Shown piece after piece: positions 1 through 9,845 of a stretch of 64,000 nucleotides of DNA (position 1 is the first letter of the stretch; each line of letters starts with the position of its first letter). The stretch is from the NCBI GenBank assembly GCA_963848295.1, contig CAWKDB010000004.1, positions 128,001-192,000 of the forward strand, given 5' to 3'. A program made the translations under genes and the position numbers. A model generated the notes under the pieces. It saw only the letters and a program-made list of their open reading frames with translations, made no database searches and had not been told where the DNA came from. The stretch is from an uncultured delta proteobacterium (GTDB lineage Bacteria > Myxococcota_A > Polyangia > Haliangiales > Haliangiaceae).

Positions 1-468
1 GAAGAAGTAGCGGAAGTTGACGAGCGTATCGATCCACGGGTTCGCGGCCTGCTCGAACGGCAGCTCGATGTTGCAGCCGATCGAGCGACCTTTCGCCTCG
101 CGCGCACCGCGGTTCGCCGCTTCCATGATACCCGGGCCACCGCCGGTGATGATCGCGTAGTCGGCGCGGGCGAGTAGCGTAGCCGTGCGCTGCGCCGCCT
201 TGTAGAACGGATCGCTGGGTGCGGTGCGCGCCGAACCGAAGATCGCGACCGCGCGCGTGACGTCACCCAGCGCATCGATGCCTTCGACGACCTCGCTCGT
301 GATCCGCATGACGCGCCACGAGTCGCTGCGCCGGAAGTCTTCAGGCAGTCGCGGGATGTCGAGGAGCCGCTGATCTTCGGTGATCGCCGGATCGCGAAGC
401 GCGTCGTCGATCTGCGGGCGGCCGGCGAGGCGATGCCCTTCATTCGTGCGCTCGACCGACTTGGCCAT
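1..468 (-). CDS. LOG family (TIGR00730-like) nucleotide phosphoribohydrolase, runs off window edge; start uncertain (frame open to ATG at 615)
   Basis: Manual minus-strand translation: WRVMRITSEVVEG..AIFGSAR..ITGGGPGIMEAANRGA..SIGCNIELPFEQAANP..FRYFF. Confidence 0.9.
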   Translation of the reverse strand, partial: MAKSVERTNEGHRLAGRPQIDDALRDPAITEDQRLLDIPRLPEDFRRSDSWRVMRITSEVVEGIDALGDVTRAVAIFGSARTAPSDPFYKAAQRTATLLARADYAIITGGGPGIMEAANRGAREAKGRSIGCNIELPFEQAANPWIDTLVNFRYFF

Positions 469-594
469 GGCGGCGATCTCTTTGCGGCGCAGCGCCGCGC
501 GATCGAGCCCGCCAGCTTGCTTCGGCGGCTTGGGCGGCTTTGGCGGCTTTCCGGCGTTGACGCGTGGACGATTGCTGGACGATCGTTGCGGACG

Positions 595-2046
595 ATGACG
601 AGATCCGGTGGCCATTCGATCGACATGGTGCAGGTTGCACGCCGCGTCCTGCAAGAGAATGGCTTCGATCCGGACTTCCCACCCGGGCTCGACGCCACGG
701 TGCCGGCGCGTGATCCGCTCGAGTCGGCGCGCGACATGCGCGATCTGGCGTGGTCGTCGATCGACAACGAAGACTCGCGCGATCTCGACCAGATCGAGGT
801 CGCCGAGCGCCTGGCCGACGGCGCGATCCGCGTGTTCGTCGGCATCGCCGACGTCGATGCGCTCGTACCGAAGGGCTCGCCGATCGACAAGCACGCGGCG
901 ATCAACACGACGTCGCTCTACACCGGTGTCCATACGTTCCCGATGCTGCCGCTGATGTTGTCGACGGGACGGACCTCGCTCCTCGAAGACGGCGCGCCGA
1001 GGCTGTCGATCGTGACCGAGTACGTGGTGCGCAGCGACGGCACGCTCGACGATGCCCAGACGAAGATCTACCCCGCGCTCGTGACGAATCGCGCGAAGCT
1101 CGTCTATGAACGCGTCGGCGCGTGGCTCGAAGGCAAGGGCGAGACGCCCCACGGCGGACCGCAGATCTCCGACCAGCTCCACTTGCAAGACGAGGTCGCG
1201 CAACGGCTGCGAGCGCTGCGCCACGAGCACGGCTCGTTACAGCTCGAGACGATCGAGCCGAGACCGGTCATGGACCACGGCGAGGTCGTGGCGCTCGAAG
1301 TGCAGGAGCAGAACCGTGCGCACGAGCTGATCGAGGACCTGATGGTCGCCGCGAACGGGGCGACCGCGCGTTATCTCGAGAAGCTCGGACGGTCGGCGGT
1401 GCGCCGCGTCGTCGTCAAGCCGAAGCGCTGGGATCGGATCGTCGAGCTCGCGAAGGCGCTCGGCACCTCGCTGCCACCCGGTCCGGATGCGAAGGCGTTG
1501 TCGGCTTTTCTCGAGCTGCGCCGCGCCGCCGATCCGTTGCGATTCCCGGATCTGTCACTGTCGGTGATCAAGTTGCTCGGTCCCGGCCAGTACGTGCTCC
1601 AGCGCGCCACCGACAAGGACCAGGGCCATTTCGGGCTCGCGGTCGACGACTATTCGCACTCGACTGCACCGAATCGCCGCTACCCCGACCTGATCACGCA
1701 GCGCCTGCTGAAGGCTGCGGCGGCGGACGTCGGCGCGCCGTACTCGGACGACGAGCTCGCCGCGCTCGCGAATCACTGCACCGAGCGTGAAGATGCGGCG
1801 CGCAAGGTCGAGCGGACGATGCGCAAGGTCGCGGCGGCGCAGTTGCTCTCGACGCGGATCGGCGACGAGTTCGACGCGATCGTGACCGGGGCGAGCGACA
1901 AGGGCGTGTACGTGCGATTGCTCCATCCGCCGGCCGAAGGCCGAGTCATGCGTGGCGAGCACGGGCTCGACGTCGGCGATCGCGTGCGGGTCAAGCTGAT
2001 CGATACCGACGCGTCGCGCGGCTTCATCGACTTCGCACGAGTCTAA
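595..2046 (+). CDS. RNB-domain exoribonuclease (RNase II/R family) with C-terminal S1-like domain
   Basis: SIDNEDSRDLDQ catalytic motif, IADV, HFGLA..YSHSTAPNRRYPDL; start trimmed to ATG 595. Confidence 0.92.
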   Translation: MTRSGGHSIDMVQVARRVLQENGFDPDFPPGLDATVPARDPLESARDMRDLAWSSIDNEDSRDLDQIEVAERLADGAIRVFVGIADVDALVPKGSPIDKHAAINTTSLYTGVHTFPMLPLMLSTGRTSLLEDGAPRLSIVTEYVVRSDGTLDDAQTKIYPALVTNRAKLVYERVGAWLEGKGETPHGGPQISDQLHLQDEVAQRLRALRHEHGSLQLETIEPRPVMDHGEVVALEVQEQNRAHELIEDLMVAANGATARYLEKLGRSAVRRVVVKPKRWDRIVELAKALGTSLPPGPDAKALSAFLELRRAADPLRFPDLSLSVIKLLGPGQYVLQRATDKDQGHFGLAVDDYSHSTAPNRRYPDLITQRLLKAAAADVGAPYSDDELAALANHCTEREDAARKVERTMRKVAAAQLLSTRIGDEFDAIVTGASDKGVYVRLLHPPAEGRVMRGEHGLDVGDRVRVKLIDTDASRGFIDFARV

Positions 2047-3197
2047 CAGCGACCGTTGTCATTGCAGTGCCCGGTCGCGCAGTCTTGGTCTTCGTTACAC
2101 AGCTCGCCGACGGGGCACGGGTCACAGCCGTTGCCGCAGTCGACGTCTGATTCGAAGCCATCGCGCACGCCATCGCTGCACGTCTCGGGTGCGCACGTGC
2201 CATCGGCGCAAACGTTGGTCTGGCAGTCGCCGTCGACCGCGCACTGGGCATTACCCGGACAAGACTGGCAGGCGCCGCCGCCGCAGTCGAGCGCGGTCTC
2301 GGTGCCGTCGAGGATCCGGTCGTGACACGAGTCGGTTTGCGGAGGGGGGCACGATCCGCTCGCGCACGGCGACAGGTGGATCGCGAAGCCGACCGACAGC
2401 GAGTCACCCGGCCTTGCGTCCGACGCGGGCGCCGGCGCATACACCCCGCCGTCGTACAGGCTCAGGTCCGGGGCCAGGTTCGCTTCGAGGTACGAACTGC
2501 TCGAGACCTCGGCGAGCGACAGCTGGCCGTCGTGGTTCGTGTCGACCTGATCCGCGAGCTCGACGTGCGTCGTCGGATCGCTCGCGATCATCTGAACGAT
2601 GCCAGCGGCCGCCGTGTCGAGTGCGATCGGCTCCGGGATGCCGCCGCCGACGAAGCCGTCGAAGCCGCCGCTGCCGTCGCTCGTCAGGTTCATTTCAAGC
2701 CCGTCGACCCGGAACACCGACGGGTCGGCGTCGACGAACACGGGCAAGACGACCGACGCGCTGCCCGGAACGGCGGTCGTCGCGGTGCGATTCGACACGA
2801 ACATGCCGCCGGCCAACGAACCCCCGATCGGAGTGGGCGTATCCCCCGCCGCTCCGAAATAGGTCACCTGCACGGTCGGGTCGTCGCTCAGATCGTCGGC
2901 GAGGATCTCGACGGTCGATGCGATCACGCCCGACGCCATCATCGCGGGCCCGGCGGTCGATAAGTCGTGGCTGTACGCGAGCAGCCCGGTCATGATCCCG
3001 AACTGATCGACCACGATGCCGTCGCCGGTGAGGTCATCCGCCTCCATTTGCGCCCCGTTGTCGTTGCCCGGCAGCCAGAACTGATCGACGACATAGCGAT
3101 AGGTCGTGCCGGTAAACGGACCGACGACGTCGGGAACGCCTTGCGACGAATCGTTACAGCCGACGAGGGCGAGCACGATCAAGACGGATGGTTTCAT
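2043..3197 (-). CDS. Lipoprotein with EF-hand-like loop and C-terminal Cys-rich repeats
   Basis: MKPSVLIVLALVGC lipobox; DTNHDGQLS loop; two C-x-D-x3-DG-x-E-x3-DCG repeats. Confidence 0.75.
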   Translation of the reverse strand: MKPSVLIVLALVGCNDSSQGVPDVVGPFTGTTYRYVVDQFWLPGNDNGAQMEADDLTGDGIVVDQFGIMTGLLAYSHDLSTAGPAMMASGVIASTVEILADDLSDDPTVQVTYFGAAGDTPTPIGGSLAGGMFVSNRTATTAVPGSASVVLPVFVDADPSVFRVDGLEMNLTSDGSGGFDGFVGGGIPEPIALDTAAAGIVQMIASDPTTHVELADQVDTNHDGQLSLAEVSSSSYLEANLAPDLSLYDGGVYAPAPASDARPGDSLSVGFAIHLSPCASGSCPPPQTDSCHDRILDGTETALDCGGGACQSCPGNAQCAVDGDCQTNVCADGTCAPETCSDGVRDGFESDVDCGNGCDPCPVGELCNEDQDCATGHCNDNGRC

Positions 3198-3378
3198 CAG
3201 CCGATCGAAGAGCAAGCGAGGTGCCATGGTCGGGGCACCGCTCCAGGTCGTCGCGATGCTTCGGTTTCCCGAGTCTTGCCAGCGCCGCTTCAACGACGAA
3301 GATGTCGCGATTCGGCCAACTGAAGTCTATTTGTCGTCGACGATCGCGACCCGTAAAGGTGTTTGCTACGTTTACGGC

Positions 3379-3876
3379 ATGACGCGACCGGAACGCAGCG
3401 ATCGCGTGCTCGTGGCGATCGGTCTGTTCAAGCTGGTCAAGTCGGTCACGCTGGTCGCGCTCGGCCTCTCCGTCGCGTTCGATCAACACAGCCTGGCGGC
3501 GCACCTCCGCGTGCTCGGCCACGCGTTCGGGATCCGGCCGAGGTACATCGACGAGGTCGTCGCGAAGATCGCGGCGACCAGCCCGCAGACGCTTGCGGCG
3601 CTCGGCGTCGGCGCGCTGATGTACGGCGCGCTGTTTGCGGTCGAGGGCTTCGGCCTCGTCCGCCGCCGGTTGTGGGCCGAGTACATGACGACCGTGATCA
3701 CGACCTCGTTCATCCCGATCGAGGTCTACGAGATGATCGCGTCGAGCAGCCTGCTCAAAGCCATCGTCATCCTGATGAACCTCGGGATCGTCGTGTACCT
3801 GCTGTGGCGTCTGCGCCGCGACCAGCACTGGCCGTTTGCGCCGCGGCCAAAGCCCGACGCGGTGGTGGAGAGCTGA
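3379..3876 (+). CDS. DUF2127-like membrane protein
   Basis: AIGLFKLVK, EGFGL..RRLWAEY..T..FIPIEVYE, NLGIVVYL; about 4 TM segments. Confidence 0.8.
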   Translation: MTRPERSDRVLVAIGLFKLVKSVTLVALGLSVAFDQHSLAAHLRVLGHAFGIRPRYIDEVVAKIAATSPQTLAALGVGALMYGALFAVEGFGLVRRRLWAEYMTTVITTSFIPIEVYEMIASSSLLKAIVILMNLGIVVYLLWRLRRDQHWPFAPRPKPDAVVES

Positions 3877-3937
3877 CACGCGCGCGCAATGAGCCCGCGG
3901 AGTTGGCGCTGGTACGGCGCTTGTACTTCGTCGCCGC

Positions 3938-4921
3938 ATGCCTCGCGCGCTGCAGATCGCCTGGGACCTGGCAAGAGCCGCCGCCGACCGAGATCGGCCG
4001 CTGATCACCCATCTCATCATCACGCGCCGCTGCAACCTGAGCTGCGGCTACTGCTTCGAGTACGACAAGGTCTCGCAGCCGGTACCGCTCGCCGTTCTCC
4101 GGCAGCGGATCGACCATCTGGCGCGTCTGAAGTCGGTGTTCGTCACGCTGACCGGCGGCGAGTCGCTGCTGCATCCGCAGGCGGCCGAGCTCGTCCGCTA
4201 CGTGCGCGAGCGCGGGATGACCCCCTTCCTCAACACGAATGGCTATCTACTCACGAAACGCATCATCGAAGACCTCGACGCCGCAGGCTTGTACGGCATG
4301 CAGCTCAGCATCGACAACGCGAAGCCGAACGACCTCTCGAAGAAGTCGCTCAAGCCGTTGCTGCCGAAGCTCCGGCTGCTCGCGCGCCACGCGAGGTTTC
4401 ACGTGCGGATCAACACCGTGCTCGGCGCCGGGCCGCCGGAGGAGGCGCTCGAGGTCGCGCGCACCGCGGTCGGCTTCGGGTTCGCCGCGAACTGCTCGCT
4501 CGTCCGTCACGAATCCGGCGCGATGATCGATCCGGATCCGCGGACGCGCGCGGTCTACGACGAGATCCGCACGCTCGGCAAGCGACTGCCGGCGCTGCTC
4601 GACGACGACTACACGAAGACGCTGCTCGAGCGCGGCACGATGAATTGGAAGTGTCGCGCCGGCGCTCGGACGTTCCTCGTCGACGAGCATGGCAACGTCC
4701 ACCTGTGTCAGCCGCGGGTCGGCAGCCCGGGCACGGCGCTCGCGAGCTACACGGTCGACGATATTCGCCGGGAGTTCGACGCGCCGAAACCATGCGCGCC
4801 GACGTGTCCGATCGCGTATGCCCACCACGCGAGCAAGCTCGACGAGTGGCGGCCGCAACGCGGCGAGCCGACGGTGGTGCGCACGGGTCGGCGCAGCCCG
4901 GCCCTCGCGGTCGTTGCATGA
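3938..4921 (+). CDS. Radical SAM protein with Cys-rich (SPASM/twitch-like) C-terminus
   Basis: CNLSCGYC, TGGESLL, NTNG, C-terminal CRAG..GNVHLC..CAPTC. Confidence 0.9.
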   Translation: MPRALQIAWDLARAAADRDRPLITHLIITRRCNLSCGYCFEYDKVSQPVPLAVLRQRIDHLARLKSVFVTLTGGESLLHPQAAELVRYVRERGMTPFLNTNGYLLTKRIIEDLDAAGLYGMQLSIDNAKPNDLSKKSLKPLLPKLRLLARHARFHVRINTVLGAGPPEEALEVARTAVGFGFAANCSLVRHESGAMIDPDPRTRAVYDEIRTLGKRLPALLDDDYTKTLLERGTMNWKCRAGARTFLVDEHGNVHLCQPRVGSPGTALASYTVDDIRREFDAPKPCAPTCPIAYAHHASKLDEWRPQRGEPTVVRTGRRSPALAVVA

Positions 4922-7473
4922 CCAAGGCGCGGCGTTACATCGCCTGGATCGAGCGGCGGACGACCGCGATCCTCGTCGCGAGCTCGTTGCTCGTCGCGAC
5001 CGCCGCTGCGCTCGTCGCGTTTCACCTGCCGCTCTACGCGGCATTCTCGTATCTGCTGCCGAGCGACGCGCCGAGCGTGCGCGCGATGGACGAGCTCGGC
5101 GAGCGGCTGCCAGCGCGCGATCGGATGGTGATGGTGATCGTCGCGCCCGATGCCGATCATCGTCGCGCTGCGGTCGACCGCGCGTTGACCGGGCTAGCGG
5201 CGATCTCGCGGGATCTCGTCGAGCGCGTCGAAGCGGACGATGTCGCGACGCGCGACTTCATCCGCGCGCACCGCGAGCTCTACGTGCCGCTCGCCGATCT
5301 GCGCGCGGCGCGCCAGGCGTTGCTCGACCAGATCGCGGCGGCCCAGCGGCGTGCAAACCCGTTGTTCGTCGATCTCGACGACCCGCCGGTCGCGAGCACG
5401 GCGATCGCCGACTTGCGCGCGAAGCAGCGCGACGCGACCGCGCGCCTCGACAAGTCCGCGTTCGTCAGCGCCGATGGCCGCAGCCAGGCGATCGTCGTGA
5501 ACACCTCGTTCGTGGCGACCGACGTCGACCGCGACCATCGCCTTCAGCGCCAGCTCGATGCGATCGCGGGCGCGATCCGCGCACACGACCCGACGATCCA
5601 GATCGGGTTCGCGGGCGGGGTACCCGTGACGGTCGCCGAACACCACGCGTTGGTCCGCGGCGTGATGCGGTCGACGCTGATCACCGTCGTGCTCGTCGCG
5701 CTCGTGCTGTTCGTTCATCTGCGGTCGAAGCGTCTGCTCGCGTTGCTCGTCGCAAACATCGCGGCAGCGACGCTCGTCGCGTTCGGGATCGCCGCGCTCA
5801 CCGTCGGCCACCTCAACTCGGCGACCGCGTTCCTCGGCGCGATCATCGCGGGCAACGGCGTCAACTACGGCATCCTGCTCGTCGCGCGGTTCGGCGAGCA
5901 GCGCCACGGCCGCGGCGATCCGCGCGATGCACTCGCGATCGCGCTCGCCGGCACGCTCCGGCCGACGCTCGTCGCATCGCTCGCCGCCGCGATCGCCTAC
6001 GGTGCGCTAGGCGCGACGCGCTTCAGAGGCTTCGCCGACTTCGCGCTGATCGGCAGCGTCGGCATGGTCGTGTGCTGGATCGCGTCGTTCGTGCTGCTGC
6101 CGGCGCTCGTGCTGCGGTTCGCGCCGGCGCCGCGGCGCGCGACGTCACCGCTGTTCGGCTCGATCGTCGCCCGCGTGTTCAGCTTTCGCCGCCCGGTCGC
6201 GACCGTGACGATCGCGAGCATGATGCTGGTCGGCGCGGCGGTCGTGGCATGGCGCTACCTCGAGTCCGACCCGTACGAATACGACATGGCCCAGCTGCGC
6301 TCGACCGGTCCCGACGCGGTCGCGGTGCGCGATTGGCTCCACTACTCCGACGTCACGTTCGGCCGCGGGCTCGCCGGGCTCGCGAGCCAGACGTATCTCG
6401 CGGTCGACGACGCGAACGACGTGGCGCCGGTCGTCGCGCGGCTGCACGCGATCGCGAAGCACGAGCCGATCATCGGCGAGATCAGCTCGGTGCTCGACGT
6501 GGTTCCGCCCGATCAGTCCACCAAGCTCGCGGTGCTCGCCGAGGTGCGGGGCTTGATCGATCGAGCCGCGCCCGACGATGATCCAGCAGCGCTGCGATCC
6601 GGCGGCGCGGCCGACCGGGCGCCACGCGACGAGCTGCTCGAGCTCCGTCCGCCCGACCGGCTCGCGCCGGTGACGACCGCCGATCTGCCGCCCGAGCTCC
6701 TCGCGAAGCTCCGCGAGCGCGACGGCCGCGTCGGCTACATCATCGCGGTCAAACCGGGCGCGACGTTCGACGAGTCCGATGGCCGCGACCTGATCGCGTT
6801 CGCCGCGGCGCTGCGCGAGGTCTCGGTGCACGGCCACGAGGTCACCGCCGCCGGCGGTAGCTTGCTGTTCGCCGACGTCCTGCTGCAGATCCAGCGCGAC
6901 GGCCCGCTCGTCACCGCGCTCGCCGCGCTCGGGCTCGTCGTGATGGTGGTGCTCGTCGTCGGTCGCAACCGTCGCGCCGTCGCGGTGTTGGTCGCGGCGG
7001 CGGCGGGCAGCCTCGGCATGGTCGCGGCGTGCGCGCTCGCGGGGTTGAAGATCAACTTCTTGGACTTCGTCGCGCTGCCGATCACGCTCGGGCTCGGCAT
7101 CGACTACGCGATCAACATGGCAGAGCGCGCGGGTGAAGGCACCGCTCGCTCGGCGCTGCGCTCCACCGGCGGCACCGTGCTCGTGTGCTCGCTGACGACG
7201 ATGATCGGCTACGCGTCGCTGTTCGCGAGCGATAACCTCGCGATCCGCGGCTTCGGGCTCGCTTCGTTCATCGGCGAGGTCACGTGCGTGATCGCCGCGC
7301 TCGCGATCGTGCCGGCAGTGATCGCGATCGGCCGTGCTCAATCCGGGCGCAACAACGCGACCGCGACGACGACCGAGCCGTCCGATCTGATCTCCGGCGG
7401 TGTGACTTGCTTGGCCCCGGTCCACGCGGCGTACGCCGCCGAGCTCCCGAGCTCGACGAGCGCGCGCTCGTAA
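4918..7473 (+). CDS. MMPL/RND-family lipid transporter
   Basis: ATGA overlap with the radical SAM stop; two TM bundles (IAGNGVNYGILL, LGLGIDYAI, SLTTMIGY); 3' end overlaps the convergent gene. Confidence 0.88.
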   Translation: MTKARRYIAWIERRTTAILVASSLLVATAAALVAFHLPLYAAFSYLLPSDAPSVRAMDELGERLPARDRMVMVIVAPDADHRRAAVDRALTGLAAISRDLVERVEADDVATRDFIRAHRELYVPLADLRAARQALLDQIAAAQRRANPLFVDLDDPPVASTAIADLRAKQRDATARLDKSAFVSADGRSQAIVVNTSFVATDVDRDHRLQRQLDAIAGAIRAHDPTIQIGFAGGVPVTVAEHHALVRGVMRSTLITVVLVALVLFVHLRSKRLLALLVANIAAATLVAFGIAALTVGHLNSATAFLGAIIAGNGVNYGILLVARFGEQRHGRGDPRDALAIALAGTLRPTLVASLAAAIAYGALGATRFRGFADFALIGSVGMVVCWIASFVLLPALVLRFAPAPRRATSPLFGSIVARVFSFRRPVATVTIASMMLVGAAVVAWRYLESDPYEYDMAQLRSTGPDAVAVRDWLHYSDVTFGRGLAGLASQTYLAVDDANDVAPVVARLHAIAKHEPIIGEISSVLDVVPPDQSTKLAVLAEVRGLIDRAAPDDDPAALRSGGAADRAPRDELLELRPPDRLAPVTTADLPPELLAKLRERDGRVGYIIAVKPGATFDESDGRDLIAFAAALREVSVHGHEVTAAGGSLLFADVLLQIQRDGPLVTALAALGLVVMVVLVVGRNRRAVAVLVAAAAGSLGMVAACALAGLKINFLDFVALPITLGLGIDYAINMAERAGEGTARSALRSTGGTVLVCSLTTMIGYASLFASDNLAIRGFGLASFIGEVTCVIAALAIVPAVIAIGRAQSGRNNATATTTEPSDLISGGVTCLAPVHAAYAAELPSSTSARS

Positions 7474-7880
7474 GCGTCGCGCGACGGGTACGTGATCGTC
7501 GCGATGCACCCGGCCATGTAGCAGCCGCGATCGGTCACCGCGCTCGAGCCCTGCGCGGCTGCATCGAGGATCGCGAGCCCGGTCTGGCTCCACGCCTCGT
7601 GCCCGGTCAGGTCGTCGTGAATGTGCGCGACGAGCTGCTCGCGCTCGCTCCGCGCGCCCGACATGGCGATAGGCGTAGGCGGTCCCTGCGCGTCGGGCGG
7701 TGGCGCTGCTGGCGGCCTCGGCGTCACCGACGGCAGGACGGGCGTCAGCGGCGCGCTCGCGACGGTCTGCGGTCCCGGTCCCGGCGCCTTGTCGACCACG
7801 AGATACAGCCGCACCACGAACGCCACGACCACGGCTCCCGCGACGAGCAGCACCACTTGCAGCGTGACTCGTCCCCTCAC
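7338..7880 (-). CDS. Hypothetical membrane-anchored protein with Pro-rich linker
   Basis: N-terminal TM helix, Pro-rich stretch, CYMAGC motif; 4 nt after the upstream gene. Confidence 0.6.
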   Translation of the reverse strand: MRGRVTLQVVLLVAGAVVVAFVVRLYLVVDKAPGPGPQTVASAPLTPVLPSVTPRPPAAPPPDAQGPPTPIAMSGARSEREQLVAHIHDDLTGHEAWSQTGLAILDAAAQGSSAVTDRGCYMAGCIATITYPSRDAYERALVELGSSAAYAAWTGAKQVTPPEIRSDGSVVVAVALLRPD

Positions 7881-7884
7881 GTCG

Positions 7885-8433
7885 CTAGCGCGCGACCACG
7901 ATGTCGACGTCGTGCGTGAGGTCCTTGCCCCACGAGATCTCCAGCCGCGCGGTCACGCTCCATTCGACCGGTCCAGCTTGTGGCGTCAGGACCGATGCGA
8001 CCGAGCGCACCGCATCCGCGATCGGATGACTGCCTGCCGCGGCCTGCTTGTCGAGCGCGTCCGGTGGTACGACGAGCTCGAAGTCGATCGTGCGGCTGTC
8101 GTACTGTTGCGCGCCGCCGAGCTCTTGATCGAAGTGGAAGATCGTCGTGCGCGATGACACCGGCGTGCGAACGCCGTCGCGGCGTTGAAACTCGACCGTG
8201 CGCTGCTGCGCGCGCAAGGTGACCACCAAGCGCTTGCCCGCGATCGGCTCCGGCAACGCGAGCGCGAGCTTGCCGGCGAGCGTGTCACCGGGCGCGATCT
8301 TCGTGCGCGCGAGCTCGAGGCGGACGTGACCCCGGCCGATCCCGGTGACCTGTTTCGTCGTCTGCTTGAGCGTGCTGCCGAGCTTCGTGAAGAACCCGCC
8401 GGCCTTGTTGATCAAGTCGTCCGCGTTCGCCAT
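7885..8433 (-). CDS. Spo0M/arrestin-N-like protein
   Basis: GIGRGHVRLEL..IAPGDTLAGKL resembles the Spo0M N-terminus; beta-strand pattern. Confidence 0.55.
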   Translation of the reverse strand: MANADDLINKAGGFFTKLGSTLKQTTKQVTGIGRGHVRLELARTKIAPGDTLAGKLALALPEPIAGKRLVVTLRAQQRTVEFQRRDGVRTPVSSRTTIFHFDQELGGAQQYDSRTIDFELVVPPDALDKQAAAGSHPIADAVRSVASVLTPQAGPVEWSVTARLEISWGKDLTHDVDIVVAR

Positions 8434-8452
8434 CGCCGGGACGATGCCACGG

Positions 8453-9031
8453 CTAGCGCACGGCGTCGACGATCATCAAGACGCCGACGCCGGCGAACAC
8501 GATCGCCGCGACCTTCTGAGTCACCTTCGGGTCGAGTAGCCTGCCTGCGCGGTTGCCGATGAACACCGCGATCGCCGCGACGCACCACAGCGCCGCGGTC
8601 GAGGCGCCCGCGATGACGAGCCACGAGTGGTACTTCGCCTGAAACGCGGCGGTGCCGATCTGGGTGAGATCTCCCCATTCGGCGACAAACACCACCGCGA
8701 GTGTCGTCCACAGCGGCTTCCAGAACCCGCCGCCGGCTGTATCGTCCGCTCGGTCGTCGGCTTCCTCTCGGCGGATCCACATCACGACCGCGCACACGAT
8801 GAACAGCGCGCCCGAGCCGAGCTTGACGTAGAACGCCGGCAGCTCGGCGAGCAGCGACCCCGCCCCGACCGCGATGACGCTCTGGATCGTGAGCGCGAAG
8901 CCGGTGCCGAGAAACACGGCTAGCGGCTTGTGGCGAGTCGCGAGCACGAACGCGGCCAGCGCGGTCTTGTCGGGAAGCTCGGCGAGAAAGATCACGCCGA
9001 ACACGGTCCCGAACAGCTCGAGCGGTTGCAC
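8453..9031 (-). CDS. TMEM165/GDT1 (UPF0016) Mn2+/Ca2+ transporter
   Basis: Duplicated motifs FLAELPDKT and FVAEWGDLTQ; GTG start after GGAGA. Confidence 0.9.
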   Translation of the reverse strand: MQPLELFGTVFGVIFLAELPDKTALAAFVLATRHKPLAVFLGTGFALTIQSVIAVGAGSLLAELPAFYVKLGSGALFIVCAVVMWIRREEADDRADDTAGGGFWKPLWTTLAVVFVAEWGDLTQIGTAAFQAKYHSWLVIAGASTAALWCVAAIAVFIGNRAGRLLDPKVTQKVAAIVFAGVGVLMIVDAVR

Positions 9032-9047
9032 GTCTCCGCGAAGCTTA

Positions 9048-9755
9048 CTAGGACGCGACCACGCCGAACAGCCGGCCGATGCCCGCCGTGATTCCCATCG
9101 CGACGAGGCCGCCGATCGTGACGCGAATCGCCGCACGCCATGGCGCCGCGCCGCCGAGGTAGCCACCGAGCGCACCGAGCGAGAACAGTCCGACCAGCGA
9201 TGCCGACGCGATCGCCGGGACCCGCCAGGAATCCGGCGCTAGCTCGAGTGCCGCGAGCGGGAGTAGCGCGAACGTGATGAAGCTCGCCGCCGACACCCAC
9301 GCCGCTTGGAACGGGTTCGACGGGTGGTCGCGCTCGATCCCGAGCTCGTCGCGCAGGTGTGCGCTCAAGCGATCGTGCGCCGACAGCTGTTCGGCGACGG
9401 TCAGCGCGAGCTCTGGCGTCAACCCGCGGCCAACGTAGATCCCCGCGAGCTCCTTGAGCTCGGCATCGGGAGCGGAGGCGAGCTCGCGCTGTTCCGTCGC
9501 GATATCGGCTTCTTCGGAGTCGCGCAGGGAGCTGACCGAGACGTATTCACCCGCGGCCATCGACATCGCGCCGCCGACCATGCCGGCGACCCCGGCGATC
9601 AGCACGCCGCGATGCGACGCCTCGGACGCGGCGACCCCGAGCATCAGGCTCGCGGTCGAGACGATCGCATCGTTCGAGCCGAGCACCGCCGCCCGGAGCC
9701 AGGCGCCGACCTCGCGGCTCGTGTGTCTCTCGCGATGGCGCCGCGGCTTGGTCAC
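9048..9755 (-). CDS. VIT1/CCC1 family Fe/Mn transporter
   Basis: WLRAAVLGSNDAIVS, GAMSMAAGEYVSVSS, HLRDELG. Confidence 0.93.
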   Translation of the reverse strand: MTKPRRHRERHTSREVGAWLRAAVLGSNDAIVSTASLMLGVAASEASHRGVLIAGVAGMVGGAMSMAAGEYVSVSSLRDSEEADIATEQRELASAPDAELKELAGIYVGRGLTPELALTVAEQLSAHDRLSAHLRDELGIERDHPSNPFQAAWVSAASFITFALLPLAALELAPDSWRVPAIASASLVGLFSLGALGGYLGGAAPWRAAIRVTIGGLVAMGITAGIGRLFGVVAS

Positions 9756-9845
9756 ACGTCACGCTAACACCGCCAAACCAAGCCCCGCCAGCCGTGTGCG
9801 AGCTATGCTCGGCTCGCGTCTAGTGCCACTACCCAGGAGCATGGA

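Noticed and set aside
3889..4917. N-terminal extension of the 1194-aa ORF (and similar extensions at 433, 16731, 32272, 34074, 38806)
   Set aside because: These overlap real genes; internal starts with lipoboxes or stop/start coupling fit better
9756..9845. Mn-sensing yybP-ykoY riboswitch upstream of VIT1/GDT1
   Set aside because: Spacer is short and no matching motif was recognised
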